Shown: piece after piece, positions 1 to 8,947 of the stretch | How the letters are laid out: each line of letters begins with the position of its first letter | Position numbering within the stretch: the stretch's first letter is position 1 | DNA from: an uncultured Candidatus Saccharibacteria bacterium | GTDB lineage: Bacteria > Patescibacteriota > Minisyncoccia > Phycocordibacterales > UBA918 | Length of the DNA stretch: 34,265 nt | NCBI GenBank assembly: GCA_964508585.1 | Contig: CAZDUC010000001.1 | Coordinates: 6,921 to 41,185 of the forward strand | Direction of reading: 5' to 3' | Position numbers and translations under genes: made by a program | The notes under the pieces: generated by a model | Told to the model about the DNA's origin: nothing | Seen by the model: the letters and a program-made list of their open reading frames with translations, nothing else | The model's database searches: none

Positions 1-69
1 ACTGATCGGGTCAAATCACGACGGTAGCCTCCTCTGTACATTGCATTTCAGTACGATATACTGTCGGGT

Positions 70-480
70 ATGAAAATGACAAAAACGACAATCGCATACG
101 GTGTGTTTGTTATTGCGCTACTCGCACTTATGATCTTTGTTCGCAATCAAGCGGATCCTGCACGAGAAGAAACAGCGGTGGCAAATTCACCAATAGATAC
201 GTTTGCGCAGTGTATCAGTGACTCTGGTGCAACATTTTATGGCACGTTTTGGTGTTCTCACTGTAAGGCGCAGAAAGAACTATTCCAAAATTCAAAGAAG
301 CTTCCCTATGTTGAGTGCTCAACACCAGATGGGCAGAACCAAACGAAAGAATGTGCTGATAAGGGAATTGAGGGGTACCCGACATGGATTTTTGCAGATG
401 GGACAAAAGCAAGTGGTGAACAAACATTTGAAAAACTTTCCGAGAAAACGAGTTGTCCGATGCCAAATCAGTCAGAATAG
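70..480 (+). CDS. Membrane-anchored thioredoxin-fold protein (CxxC = CSHC), VKOR-associated Trx-like type
   Basis: N-terminal hydrophobic helix (IAYGVFVIALLALMIFV). Then FYGTFWCSHCKAQKELF ... YVEC ... GIEGYPTW, the pattern of the Trx-like domain that partners with bacterial VKOR. A strong terminator follows immediately. Confidence 0.75.
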   Translation: MKMTKTTIAYGVFVIALLALMIFVRNQADPAREETAVANSPIDTFAQCISDSGATFYGTFWCSHCKAQKELFQNSKKLPYVECSTPDGQNQTKECADKGIEGYPTWIFADGTKASGEQTFEKLSEKTSCPMPNQSE

Positions 481-515
481 AAAAAAGCCCGACAGCTTCG
501 CTGTCGGGCTTTTTT
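481..515. terminator. Bidirectional intrinsic terminator between convergent genes
   Basis: AAAAAAGCCCGACAG-cttcg-CTGTCGGGCTTTTTT: 10-bp GC-rich stem (486-495/501-510) with an A-tract on one side and a T-tract on the other. Confidence 0.85.
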
Positions 516-521
516 CATCTC

Positions 522-899
522 TTAACTCATTTCATGCGGTGGGTGGATGTTTTGCACTGGACTCACGATGTTTGGATTCCACTCAGCGGTGATTTCTCCA
601 TGCAGTTTTTCAAATTGTGCAAGTTCGTGGGTGAGGTACTGGAGGAGACGTTTTGCATGTTGAGGAGTAAGTGAATAGATAGAAGACTGAGTACCAGAGC
701 TTAGCCCCATGACAAAATACTCAGGGGTAAAACCCACTTTGATATTTTCACAAAAAATTTTAGGTGCTTGTTGCAGATCTTCTGGTTTCATAAAAAAAGA
801 GGTACATGAAGAATAATACCGGTAGTATACTGCTACAAAACCGATAGTCCAAATCACCATACAGCATAGAAAGACTTTCTTCACAGAATTTTGTGCCAA
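522..899 (-). CDS. DUF3467-like small protein, possibly with N-terminal membrane anchor
   Basis: The C-terminal ~90 aa (ENIKVGFTPEYFVMGL...LTPQHAKRLLQYLTHELAQFEKLHGEI) match my recollection of the DUF3467 family. The 36-aa hydrophobic N-extension may be real, or the true start may be the Met at 791. Confidence 0.6.
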   Translation of the reverse strand: MAQNSVKKVFLCCMVIWTIGFVAVYYRYYSSCTSFFMKPEDLQQAPKIFCENIKVGFTPEYFVMGLSSGTQSSIYSLTPQHAKRLLQYLTHELAQFEKLHGEITAEWNPNIVSPVQNIHPPHEMS

Positions 900-940
900 A
901 GAACGCTCTGTACAAAACTCAATTTTAAGCGCACAATGTT

Positions 941-1867
941 ATGTATATGGAAAACACCGCAAAAAATTTTGCCCTCCAACTGGGCTCGCTCATCACCTTA
1001 TACGTATCTATTGGTGCACTCATTACGCTCTTACTCAGCGTCATTACCGTTTTGTACCCAGATCAAGCAAGTATGCCTTGGGAGTACGAAAGTGCCAGTT
1101 CTGCCATTCGTTTTACTATTGCTATGCTCATTGTCTTTTTTCCAGCTTACCTCGTGCTCACTCGTCTTGTGAATGTTATTCGACGCACTGAGCACGGTAC
1201 GTATCTCACTCTCACCAAGTGGCTCATATACCTCTCACTCCTTGTTGGGGGTGGCGTGCTCCTCGGGGACCTTGTGGCAATACTCAATAGTTTCCTCGAG
1301 GGTGAACTGACCATGCGTTTTGCGCTCAAGGCAGTGACGGTCCTCTTGGTGACCGGAACGGCATTCATCTACTACCTTCTTGACGCTCGGGGATACTGGC
1401 AGGCGCATGAACAGAATTCTCTCTACTATGGAGCTGTCGTCTCGTGTGCGGTTATTCTCGCTTTGGTTACCGGCTTCATGCACACACAGACGCCAGGAGA
1501 GGTACGTGATGTAAACCTCGACTCACGACAAGTTACGGACCTACAAAATATTCAGTACCAGATTCAATCGTATGCAATGTTGAACGGAGCATTACCAAAG
1601 ACCATTGCCGAGGCATACGGAGCACTCGCTATTCCTGAGGCTCCCGATGAGCGCACCCCGTATACGTATGCGGTACTCGACGCTGAGCGTTTTGAACTCT
1701 GTGCAGAATTTGCGTCTGAACCGATTGTATCGAATGGTTACTATAATTCTGGTATGGGGATGTATGCAGAACCGCTCAGTATTAAAAATCCTGACGACTG
1801 GAACCATGGAAAGGGGAAGTGGTGTTTCACCCGAATTCTCAATCCACAGAAACAGGTGCTGGACTAA
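941..1867 (+). CDS. Polytopic membrane protein, DUF5671-like N-terminal half plus Cys-containing extracytoplasmic C-terminal domain
   Basis: Four to five hydrophobic segments in residues 1-190. The C-terminal part (LNGALPKTIAEAYG...TPYTYAVLDAERFELCAEF...KWCF) resembles the globular head pattern of pilin or pseudopilin proteins. The family call is from memory only. Confidence 0.6.
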   Translation: MYMENTAKNFALQLGSLITLYVSIGALITLLLSVITVLYPDQASMPWEYESASSAIRFTIAMLIVFFPAYLVLTRLVNVIRRTEHGTYLTLTKWLIYLSLLVGGGVLLGDLVAILNSFLEGELTMRFALKAVTVLLVTGTAFIYYLLDARGYWQAHEQNSLYYGAVVSCAVILALVTGFMHTQTPGEVRDVNLDSRQVTDLQNIQYQIQSYAMLNGALPKTIAEAYGALAIPEAPDERTPYTYAVLDAERFELCAEFASEPIVSNGYYNSGMGMYAEPLSIKNPDDWNHGKGKWCFTRILNPQKQVLD

Positions 1868-1916
1868 TTGTAGTTACACGGCATAATACGACATATATCG
1901 AATAGGATGATTTTCT

Positions 1917-4319
1917 ATGCACAAAAAATTTAATCACGAGCTCATTGAGAAAAAGTGGCAGAAAGAGTGGAAAGAGTCTGGTATGTATACCGTAGGTGCG
2001 CGTGATAACACGCGAGAAAAAGAGTACATACTCGCCGAATGGCCGTATCCGTCTGGAAACCTTCACATAGGGCATTGGTTTGCATTTGCGGTTGTGGATA
2101 TGTACGTTCGTGCGCGCCGTATGCAGGGGAAGCAGGTGCTTTTCCCTATGGGCTTTGATGCGTTCGGTCTTCCTGCTGAGAACGCTGCGATAAAGCGAGG
2201 ACTCGATCCAAAAGCGTGGACAGAATCGAACATTGCGTACATGCGTGAACAGCTTGAGAGTATGGGGAATGCATTTTCGTGGGATAAGACGACCAGCTCA
2301 ACTGACCCAGAGTACTACGCGTGGACACAGTGGATGTTCACACAATTTTTTGAAAAGGGAATCGCATATCAGGGGACTGGTACGGTGAATTGGTGCCCAG
2401 GGTGCCACACGGTGATTGCAAATGAGCAAGTACTTTCAAATGGTACCTGTGAACGTTCTGGAGATGTCATCGAGCGTCGTGATATGAAACAATGGATGCT
2501 TCGTATTACCGATTATGCTGATCGACTCATTGATGACCTCGACGCACTTGATTGGCCAGAACACATTAAGGAAGCGCAACGACAATGGATTGGACGCTCG
2601 AAGGGCGCACTTCTCACTTTCATGCTCTCAACAGGAGATGGACTTCAGGTATTCACCACACGGCCAGACACACTCTATGGTGCAACGTACGTCGTACTTG
2701 CCCCTGAGCACGACATCGTCACCGCACTCAGAGAGCGTATCCTGAATTGGCAGATGGTTGAGGAGTATCGAGTGCTCACGTCACACAAGGACGATATTGA
2801 GCGTACGAAGACCGAGAAAGAAAAAACAGGCATCAAGCTCGAGGGTATCACTGCGACAAATCCTGCGACGGGGAAAGAAATCCCTGTGTACATTGCTGAT
2901 TACGTCCTCAGGGGGTATGGCACCGGTGCCATTATGGCAGTCCCCGCACACGATGAGCGCGATTTCGCGTTTGCAAAGAAGTTTAGTCTTCCTATACAGC
3001 AAGTGGTTGGAAAGGAACCTGGTGTTATGGAATCCCCGGTACGAGGTGATGACATTTTTGCGGGGAATGGATACATGATTCACTCCGGAGAGTTTGATGG
3101 CATGAACTCTGAAGAGGCGAAGGTTGCTATTACAGAAAAAGTAGGTGGGACAATGACCAATACGTACCGTCTGCGCGATTGGTCCATTGGTCGTCAGCGG
3201 TACTGGGGTGTTCCAATTCCAATTGTCTATGACCCTGAGGGAATGCCACACCCGATTCCAAAGGAGCATCTCCCGTGGCACCTTCCTACAGACGTTGATT
3301 TCACCCCCACTGGTGAACCACCACTTGCAAAGAGTTGGGAGCTCAAAGAACGTGTCACTCGTATTTTCGGAGAGGGGTGGACTCCTGAAGTTGAAACCAT
3401 GGATACCTTCGTTGATTCCTCGTGGTACTTTTTGCGATACATTGATAATGCCAATAGTAACGAGTTTTCTTCGAAAGAAGCACAGCAGGACTGGATGCAG
3501 GTGGATACGTATTTTGGTGGTGCCGAGCATACGACCATGCATGTACTCTATTCACGTTTTTGGCAAAAGGCCCTTTTTGATCTTGGGCTAGTCACAGAAT
3601 CAGAGCCATACAAAAAGCGTATCAACCGGGGTCTCGTCCTTGGTCCTGACGGTAACAAAATGAGTAAGTCAAAGGGTAATGTCATTGATCCTGACGAACA
3701 GGTGAAGCTACTTGGTGCTGATACGGTTCGCATGTACCTCGCGTTCATGGGACCGTATGGTGAGCTTGCAAACTACGCATGGGATATGAGGGGTATTGCT
3801 GGTCTCAGAAGGTTCCTCGAACGGGTGTATGGTCTTTCTGAGCACCTCACTGAGACAGAGACACCTGAGACCACAAAGCTTATCCACAAGACAATTCAAA
3901 AGGTGACAACAGACATTGATGGGTATAAGTTTAACACCGCAATTAGTGCGCTCATGGTATTCCTTAACCACGCTGAAAAGTCAGGTGTATGCAAGGAATC
4001 ATACGGCGCATATCTCCTGCTCCTCGCCCCATTTGCACCACACCTCACTGAGGAGCTTTGGCAAACAATAGAAGGAAACACGTCAATTCATGGCCAAAAA
4101 TGGCCAATGTATGACCAGACACTCCTTAAGGACAGCGTCGTGACCCTTGGTGTTCAGGTGAATGGTAAGATGAAGGGGACCGTGTCCGTTCCCGCAGAAT
4201 CAACAGAAAAGGAAGTGTTGGCTTGTGTGCAACATGATCCGGTGCTACAACACAAAATTCCACCACACATAGAGCGCATCGTATTTATTAAAAATAGAAT
4301 TATTAACCTCATTGGATAG
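1917..4319 (+). CDS. leuS: Leucyl-tRNA synthetase
   Basis: 800 aa. Class I HIGH motif (NLHIGHWF), KMSKS motif (GNKMSKSKGN), CP1 editing insertion, and typical LeuRS N-terminus (EKKWQKEW). Confidence 0.97.
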   Translation: MHKKFNHELIEKKWQKEWKESGMYTVGARDNTREKEYILAEWPYPSGNLHIGHWFAFAVVDMYVRARRMQGKQVLFPMGFDAFGLPAENAAIKRGLDPKAWTESNIAYMREQLESMGNAFSWDKTTSSTDPEYYAWTQWMFTQFFEKGIAYQGTGTVNWCPGCHTVIANEQVLSNGTCERSGDVIERRDMKQWMLRITDYADRLIDDLDALDWPEHIKEAQRQWIGRSKGALLTFMLSTGDGLQVFTTRPDTLYGATYVVLAPEHDIVTALRERILNWQMVEEYRVLTSHKDDIERTKTEKEKTGIKLEGITATNPATGKEIPVYIADYVLRGYGTGAIMAVPAHDERDFAFAKKFSLPIQQVVGKEPGVMESPVRGDDIFAGNGYMIHSGEFDGMNSEEAKVAITEKVGGTMTNTYRLRDWSIGRQRYWGVPIPIVYDPEGMPHPIPKEHLPWHLPTDVDFTPTGEPPLAKSWELKERVTRIFGEGWTPEVETMDTFVDSSWYFLRYIDNANSNEFSSKEAQQDWMQVDTYFGGAEHTTMHVLYSRFWQKALFDLGLVTESEPYKKRINRGLVLGPDGNKMSKSKGNVIDPDEQVKLLGADTVRMYLAFMGPYGELANYAWDMRGIAGLRRFLERVYGLSEHLTETETPETTKLIHKTIQKVTTDIDGYKFNTAISALMVFLNHAEKSGVCKESYGAYLLLLAPFAPHLTEELWQTIEGNTSIHGQKWPMYDQTLLKDSVVTLGVQVNGKMKGTVSVPAESTEKEVLACVQHDPVLQHKIPPHIERIVFIKNRIINLIG

Positions 4320-4392
4320 TATTTGACTCAAATCGTTTAATGTGATACAAATAGGAACACAGATTTTGCGAAACAACCATAATTAGCTTCAT

Positions 4393-5418
4393 ATGATATC
4401 GTTTAAACCAAAACAAGTTACAAAGAAACTCCTCTCAGTCTTGCCTTTGCGTGCGCGAGATGTTCTTGAGAAACGCTACGGACTCAATGCGTCTGCAGAG
4501 ACCTGCACACTCGAGTCTATTGGACAAACCTACGGGATTACCCGTGAGCGTGTTCGCCAGATTGAGAATTATGGTATTCAGTCAATTCAAAAATCACCCG
4601 TCTACAAGGAATTTCAAGAGGTATTTACAGAGCTCCAGTCGGCGCTCCATGCACTTGGTGGCGTCATCAATGAAGATGAATTACTCACTGAACTTTCAAA
4701 AGATCAGTCACTTCGCAATCATATTTACTTTTTACTCGTCGTTGGAGATCCTTTTAATCGAGTGAAGGAAAACAATGCGTTTACCCACCGTTGGTACGTT
4801 GAAAAAAAGATTGCCGATACTGTTGAGTATGCGCTCATGCAGATTTTTAATTCTATCAATGAGGATGAACTCGTTGCTGAAGATGAGATTATCGCCCGCC
4901 TGAAAGAGCACCTTGGTGAGATTGAGGAGAAATACCGCGATGAGAAGATCCTTAAGCGATGGCTTTCTATTTCAAAGCAGATTGACCGAAATCCACTTGG
5001 AGAATGGGGTCATGCCTCAAGTCCTAACGTCCACGCAAAGGGTATTCGTGATTACGCGTACCTCGCCGTAAAGCGCCATGGATCACCAATGCACTTTAAA
5101 GAGGTTGCTGACTCTATTAAGCAACTCTTCGATAAAAGTGCACACATTGCAACAACACACAATGAGCTCATTAAAGACAAACGATTTGTGCTTGTCGGAC
5201 GAGGTCTCTACGCACTCTCTGAGTGGGGGTACTCGACGGGCGTGGTAAAGGATGTGCTCCGAGATATTTTGGTCACCCACGGTCCACTCACCCGAGAAGA
5301 AATCATCGATAAGGTGCGCAAGGAGCGTTATGTCAAAGATAATACGATTATTGTGAATCTTCAGGATACCTCTATTTTCAAAAAGCTTCCTGATGGAAAT
5401 TACGTACTCGTTGAATAA
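4393..5418 (+). CDS. Sigma-70 region-4-like HTH protein with C-terminal HARE-HTH-like domain
   Basis: The N-terminus (RARDVLEKRYGL...TLESIGQTYGITRERVRQIENYGIQSI) is a near-canonical sigma-70 region 4.2, with no regions 2 or 3. The C-terminal part (IRDYAYLAVKRHGSPMHFKEVADSI...RFVLVGRGLYALSEWGY) resembles the RpoE-delta/HARE-HTH fold. Confidence 0.7.
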   Translation: MISFKPKQVTKKLLSVLPLRARDVLEKRYGLNASAETCTLESIGQTYGITRERVRQIENYGIQSIQKSPVYKEFQEVFTELQSALHALGGVINEDELLTELSKDQSLRNHIYFLLVVGDPFNRVKENNAFTHRWYVEKKIADTVEYALMQIFNSINEDELVAEDEIIARLKEHLGEIEEKYRDEKILKRWLSISKQIDRNPLGEWGHASSPNVHAKGIRDYAYLAVKRHGSPMHFKEVADSIKQLFDKSAHIATTHNELIKDKRFVLVGRGLYALSEWGYSTGVVKDVLRDILVTHGPLTREEIIDKVRKERYVKDNTIIVNLQDTSIFKKLPDGNYVLVE

Positions 5419-5454
5419 GTTACACCGTATCGTAGAACACAGGTGAACAAAACT

Positions 5455-5482
5455 AAAAAACACGTTTCATAACGTGTTTTTT
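5455..5482 (+). terminator. Intrinsic terminator
   Basis: AAAAAACACGTT-tcat-AACGTGTTTTTT perfect hairpin with a T-tract, 37 nt after the stop codon. Confidence 0.8.
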
Positions 5483-5539
5483 GTTGTCCACGTGAATAGG
5501 TAAGTTCATTTAGCACCATTTGATGTACAATGATAGAAC

Positions 5540-6856
5540 ATGCTTAGTTTTCTTGAAAAATTTGGTGCCAATACATCGATTATTTTGGCGGGTGCCGGAC
5601 TTCTCATGGCGTTCTTCGTCTTTAAGACGCTCAATCTCGACTCAAATGTCGTATTTGAGTTTATGGTTGTCTCCTTCCCCCTGTGGCTTCCTGTCGTCTC
5701 GTTCTTTCTCTTCTTTGAGTATTGGTTAAGCTTTGTTCGTAAACAGTACGATATTGCGCAGGGACGAGTCACACTCGAAATCAAACTTCCCCAAGATATC
5801 TTTAAATCGCCTGAAGCGATGGAGCTTGTGCTTATACAGATGCACCAGACCGCAGCTCCTGATAACCACGTGCAGACCTACTGGGATGGAAAACATCCTC
5901 CGGTCATTAGTCTTGAACTCGTCTCACGAGGTGGGGACGTACGATTCTATGTGAATGTGCCGAGAAAGAAATTTAAGAATCTCATTGAGACACAGCTGTA
6001 CGCACAGTACCCGGGTGTTGAAGTACACGAGCTTGATATCGACTACACCGCTGAGATACCGTGGGATTTGAAACGATTCTCATACTTTGCCGTCCATTTT
6101 GGACTGAAGAAGGCTGATGCGTACCCTATAAAGACCTACATTGAATTTGAGATGCACAAAATGCCAAAGGAGGAGGAAAAAATTGACCCAATTACTTCAA
6201 TGCTTGAGATGCTTGGAAGCATGGGGCCTGGTGAACATGTGTGGATACAAATTCTCATCGATGCAAATAAGGAACTTACTTTTAAAGAGGGAGTGTTGCG
6301 CACGCAGCCAGATTGGAAGACTGCTGCAAAAGCAGAAATGAAAAGTATTATCGACAAGGCGGTAAAAGAGAGAGGCGATCCCGATTCGAAGGGAAAAAAT
6401 ATCATGATGCTTCTCACTGATACCGAGAAAGACACCATTAAAGCAATTGAGCGAAGTCTAGGGAAGAATGCCTTTAATGTCGCAATTAGAGGTCTCTACA
6501 TTGGTGAAAACAAAGTTTTCAATCCTGGTGAACGCATGGGACCTATTATCACCGCATGGCGTGTGTATGATGATCTTAACCGGAATGCAATAGGCGCCCG
6601 TTGGCGTTCTGATTTTGACTGGAACTGGTGGCAAGATCCTACGGGGAGAAGAAAAGATGCCTGGAAGAAGAGCGAGCTCTCAGAGTACAAAAGGCGTGCA
6701 TATACACATTACAATGCAATTGATACCCACAAGGTGATGACTACTGAAGAATTAGCGACGATCTACCATATCCCTGGACAGGTTGCGACGACACCTTCTC
6801 TTGCTCGTATTCCATCCAAGCGTGCTGAACCACCACCGAATCTTCCTATTGGATAG
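5540..6856 (+). CDS. Conserved-looking hypothetical membrane protein (3 N-terminal TM segments plus large soluble domain)
   Basis: 438-aa uninterrupted ORF. Hydrophobic N-terminus, Trp-rich C-terminal region (DFDWNWWQDP), and a terminal EELATIYHIPG box. No family assigned with confidence. Confidence 0.7.
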   Translation: MLSFLEKFGANTSIILAGAGLLMAFFVFKTLNLDSNVVFEFMVVSFPLWLPVVSFFLFFEYWLSFVRKQYDIAQGRVTLEIKLPQDIFKSPEAMELVLIQMHQTAAPDNHVQTYWDGKHPPVISLELVSRGGDVRFYVNVPRKKFKNLIETQLYAQYPGVEVHELDIDYTAEIPWDLKRFSYFAVHFGLKKADAYPIKTYIEFEMHKMPKEEEKIDPITSMLEMLGSMGPGEHVWIQILIDANKELTFKEGVLRTQPDWKTAAKAEMKSIIDKAVKERGDPDSKGKNIMMLLTDTEKDTIKAIERSLGKNAFNVAIRGLYIGENKVFNPGERMGPIITAWRVYDDLNRNAIGARWRSDFDWNWWQDPTGRRKDAWKKSELSEYKRRAYTHYNAIDTHKVMTTEELATIYHIPGQVATTPSLARIPSKRAEPPPNLPIG

Positions 6857-6859
6857 CGT

Positions 6860-7846
6860 ATGGATTTACAAGCGTATTACGATGAAAAAGAAAAACGGAA
6901 CTGGCTGAGTAAGGGGGCGGGCTTTACACTTGTTTTTTTGGCGCTGTGCGCCTGTGTCGGTTTTTTTCTTGTACAGTCTCTTTCTTCCATACCTGATACG
7001 TTTCCACTCCATACGGACATTACGATTGAAGAGGGGCTTTCGATAAATGCAGTGACGCAAGTGCTGGCAGAAAAACAAGTCGTTCGTTCCTCACTTTTTC
7101 TCTACTTCACACTCCTCTATCGATACGAAGATGCATACGTGCAGGCAGGTACGTATAGCTTTAACGCACCATTAAGTCCTGCCGAAGTGGCAGAAGCGAT
7201 CACGACGGGGAAGTACCGGTCACCCCTTATTTCCATCACGCTTCCTGAAGGATTTCAGGCTAAAGACATATACCAGTACATAGGAGATGCGCTTGCGAGC
7301 ACATCACCCGAACTCTTTATTCCATTTGAGGGATACCTATTTCCCGACACCTATTTTGTGAAAAGAAATACGACACCAGAAGAGCTCCGCACCTTGCTCA
7401 CCGATACCAGTGCGGAGCGATATGCGAAGTACACCGACGCAATTCTTGCATCTGGATTTTCAAAAGAACAAGTCATTATACTCGCATCTATTCTTGAACG
7501 TGAAGCTAAAGATGTGCGTTCCAAACAAATTGTCTCTGGTATTTTGCAGAATCGTCTAGCAGAGGACATGCCACTTCAGGTAGATGCGACATTCGATTAC
7601 GTGCTTGATAAGAGAAGCGATGAACTCACTATGGATGATCTGCAATTAGAATCACCATACAATACCTATACAAAGAAAGGACTTCCTCCAACGCCAATCT
7701 CGAATCCGGGTATCGAATCTATTGAGGCGGTACTCTACCCCGAGCGCACCGACTTCCTTTACTACCTCACGGCACCAGACGGCACATTCTACTATGCGAA
7801 GACATTTGAGGAACATAAAAAGAATAAAGCAAGATATTTACGATAG
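6860..7846 (+). CDS. mltG: Endolytic murein transglycosylase MltG (YceG family)
   Basis: N-terminal TM anchor. YLFPDTYF, ASILEREA, LQVDATFDY and SPYNTYTKKGLPPTPISNPG motifs typical of YceG/MltG. Confidence 0.92.
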   Translation: MDLQAYYDEKEKRNWLSKGAGFTLVFLALCACVGFFLVQSLSSIPDTFPLHTDITIEEGLSINAVTQVLAEKQVVRSSLFLYFTLLYRYEDAYVQAGTYSFNAPLSPAEVAEAITTGKYRSPLISITLPEGFQAKDIYQYIGDALASTSPELFIPFEGYLFPDTYFVKRNTTPEELRTLLTDTSAERYAKYTDAILASGFSKEQVIILASILEREAKDVRSKQIVSGILQNRLAEDMPLQVDATFDYVLDKRSDELTMDDLQLESPYNTYTKKGLPPTPISNPGIESIEAVLYPERTDFLYYLTAPDGTFYYAKTFEEHKKNKARYLR

Positions 7847-7885
7847 TGTATTGTATGTACGTATGGTAATTTCTATCTACAACGT

Positions 7886-8947
7886 ATGAAAGATAAAATT
7901 TTTGTCGGCGTCTCTGGAGGGGTGGATTCGAGCGTGTCTCTGGAACGCCTTGTACATAAAGGAAATGACGTGACTGCAGTCTTTATTAAAACCTGGCAAC
8001 CTGATTTCATTGTGTGTAACTGGGAAAAAGAACGACTTGACGCAATGCGGGTAGCGGCACATCTTGATGTTCCTTTTGTCACATTTGATGCAGAACAAGC
8101 GTACAAGGAACATGTTGCTGGGTACATGATTCGAGAGTATACCGAAGGGAGGACACCCAATCCGGACGTCATGTGTAACCAGTACGTTAAATTTGGTGTT
8201 TTTCTTGATTTTGCTCGTGCGAATGGTGCACAAAAAATCGCGACAGGACATTATGCACAGTGTCTTCTGAAAAATGGGTACTATGAGCTCCATCGTGGTA
8301 TGGATACCGAAAAGGATCAAAGTTATTTCTTATGGACACTCACTCAAGAACAGCTTTCCCACACACTTTTTCCTATTGGAGACACGGTGAAAGCATCTGT
8401 CCGTGCTGAGGCAGAAAGAGAAGGTCTCCCAACGTTTGCAAAACATGATAGTCAAGGTATCTGTTTTCTTGGACCAATCGATATCAAAGATTTTCTCTCG
8501 CACTACATCAATACTACTCCTGGACCTGTGTACGATGAGGCAGGGAACCAGGTGGGGGTGCATGATGGTGCATTCTATTACACACTTGGACAACGACATG
8601 GGTTTTCCATCATTCCTGCATCGACAACGACACAGCCATACTACATTGTAAAAAAAGATATCGAACACAACACACTCGTGGTTGCTCACCAAGTGAGGGA
8701 GTGTACACAAAAAAAGGTTGCACTGACGTCAGTCAACCTCATCACCGAGATAGTACCGCAGGTCTGCACCGCACAATTCCGATATCGACAAACTCCTTTT
8801 CAGGTTCGTGTGGAAACATTGGCAGACGGGCATGGTATGCTTGAAGTGCTTGATGCGCATGTTGAAATGCCATCTCGTGGACAGTCATGTGTGCTCTACA
8901 CGGGGACACGATGTATCGGTGGGGGAATAATTAACGATATACTATGA
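7886..8947 (+). CDS. mnmA: tRNA-specific 2-thiouridylase
   Basis: PP-loop VGVSGGVDSSV, TPNPDVMCNQYVKF with catalytic Cys, and ATGHYA. The 353-aa length is typical. Confidence 0.95.
   Translation: MKDKIFVGVSGGVDSSVSLERLVHKGNDVTAVFIKTWQPDFIVCNWEKERLDAMRVAAHLDVPFVTFDAEQAYKEHVAGYMIREYTEGRTPNPDVMCNQYVKFGVFLDFARANGAQKIATGHYAQCLLKNGYYELHRGMDTEKDQSYFLWTLTQEQLSHTLFPIGDTVKASVRAEAEREGLPTFAKHDSQGICFLGPIDIKDFLSHYINTTPGPVYDEAGNQVGVHDGAFYYTLGQRHGFSIIPASTTTQPYYIVKKDIEHNTLVVAHQVRECTQKKVALTSVNLITEIVPQVCTAQFRYRQTPFQVRVETLADGHGMLEVLDAHVEMPSRGQSCVLYTGTRCIGGGIINDIL

Noticed and set aside
1-69. Possible tRNA 3' end or promoter at the window start (GGGTCAAATCAC resembles a T-loop)
   Set aside because: No complementary T-stem or acceptor stem can be drawn. 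The TTGCAT/TATACT hexamers are only 10 nt apart, so neither a tRNA nor a promoter call is supportable.
2781-3542. 253-aa minus-strand ORF (and several shorter ones) inside leuS
   Set aside because: It is fully antisense to a strongly conserved LeuRS reading frame. The product is low-complexity and has no recognisable motifs. This is a typical shadow ORF.
8944-8947. Alternative genetic code (UGA recoding, as in some CPR lineages)
   Set aside because: TGA serves as the mnmA stop in the ATGA overlap. All conserved genes are full-length under the standard code, with no in-frame TGA interruptions.
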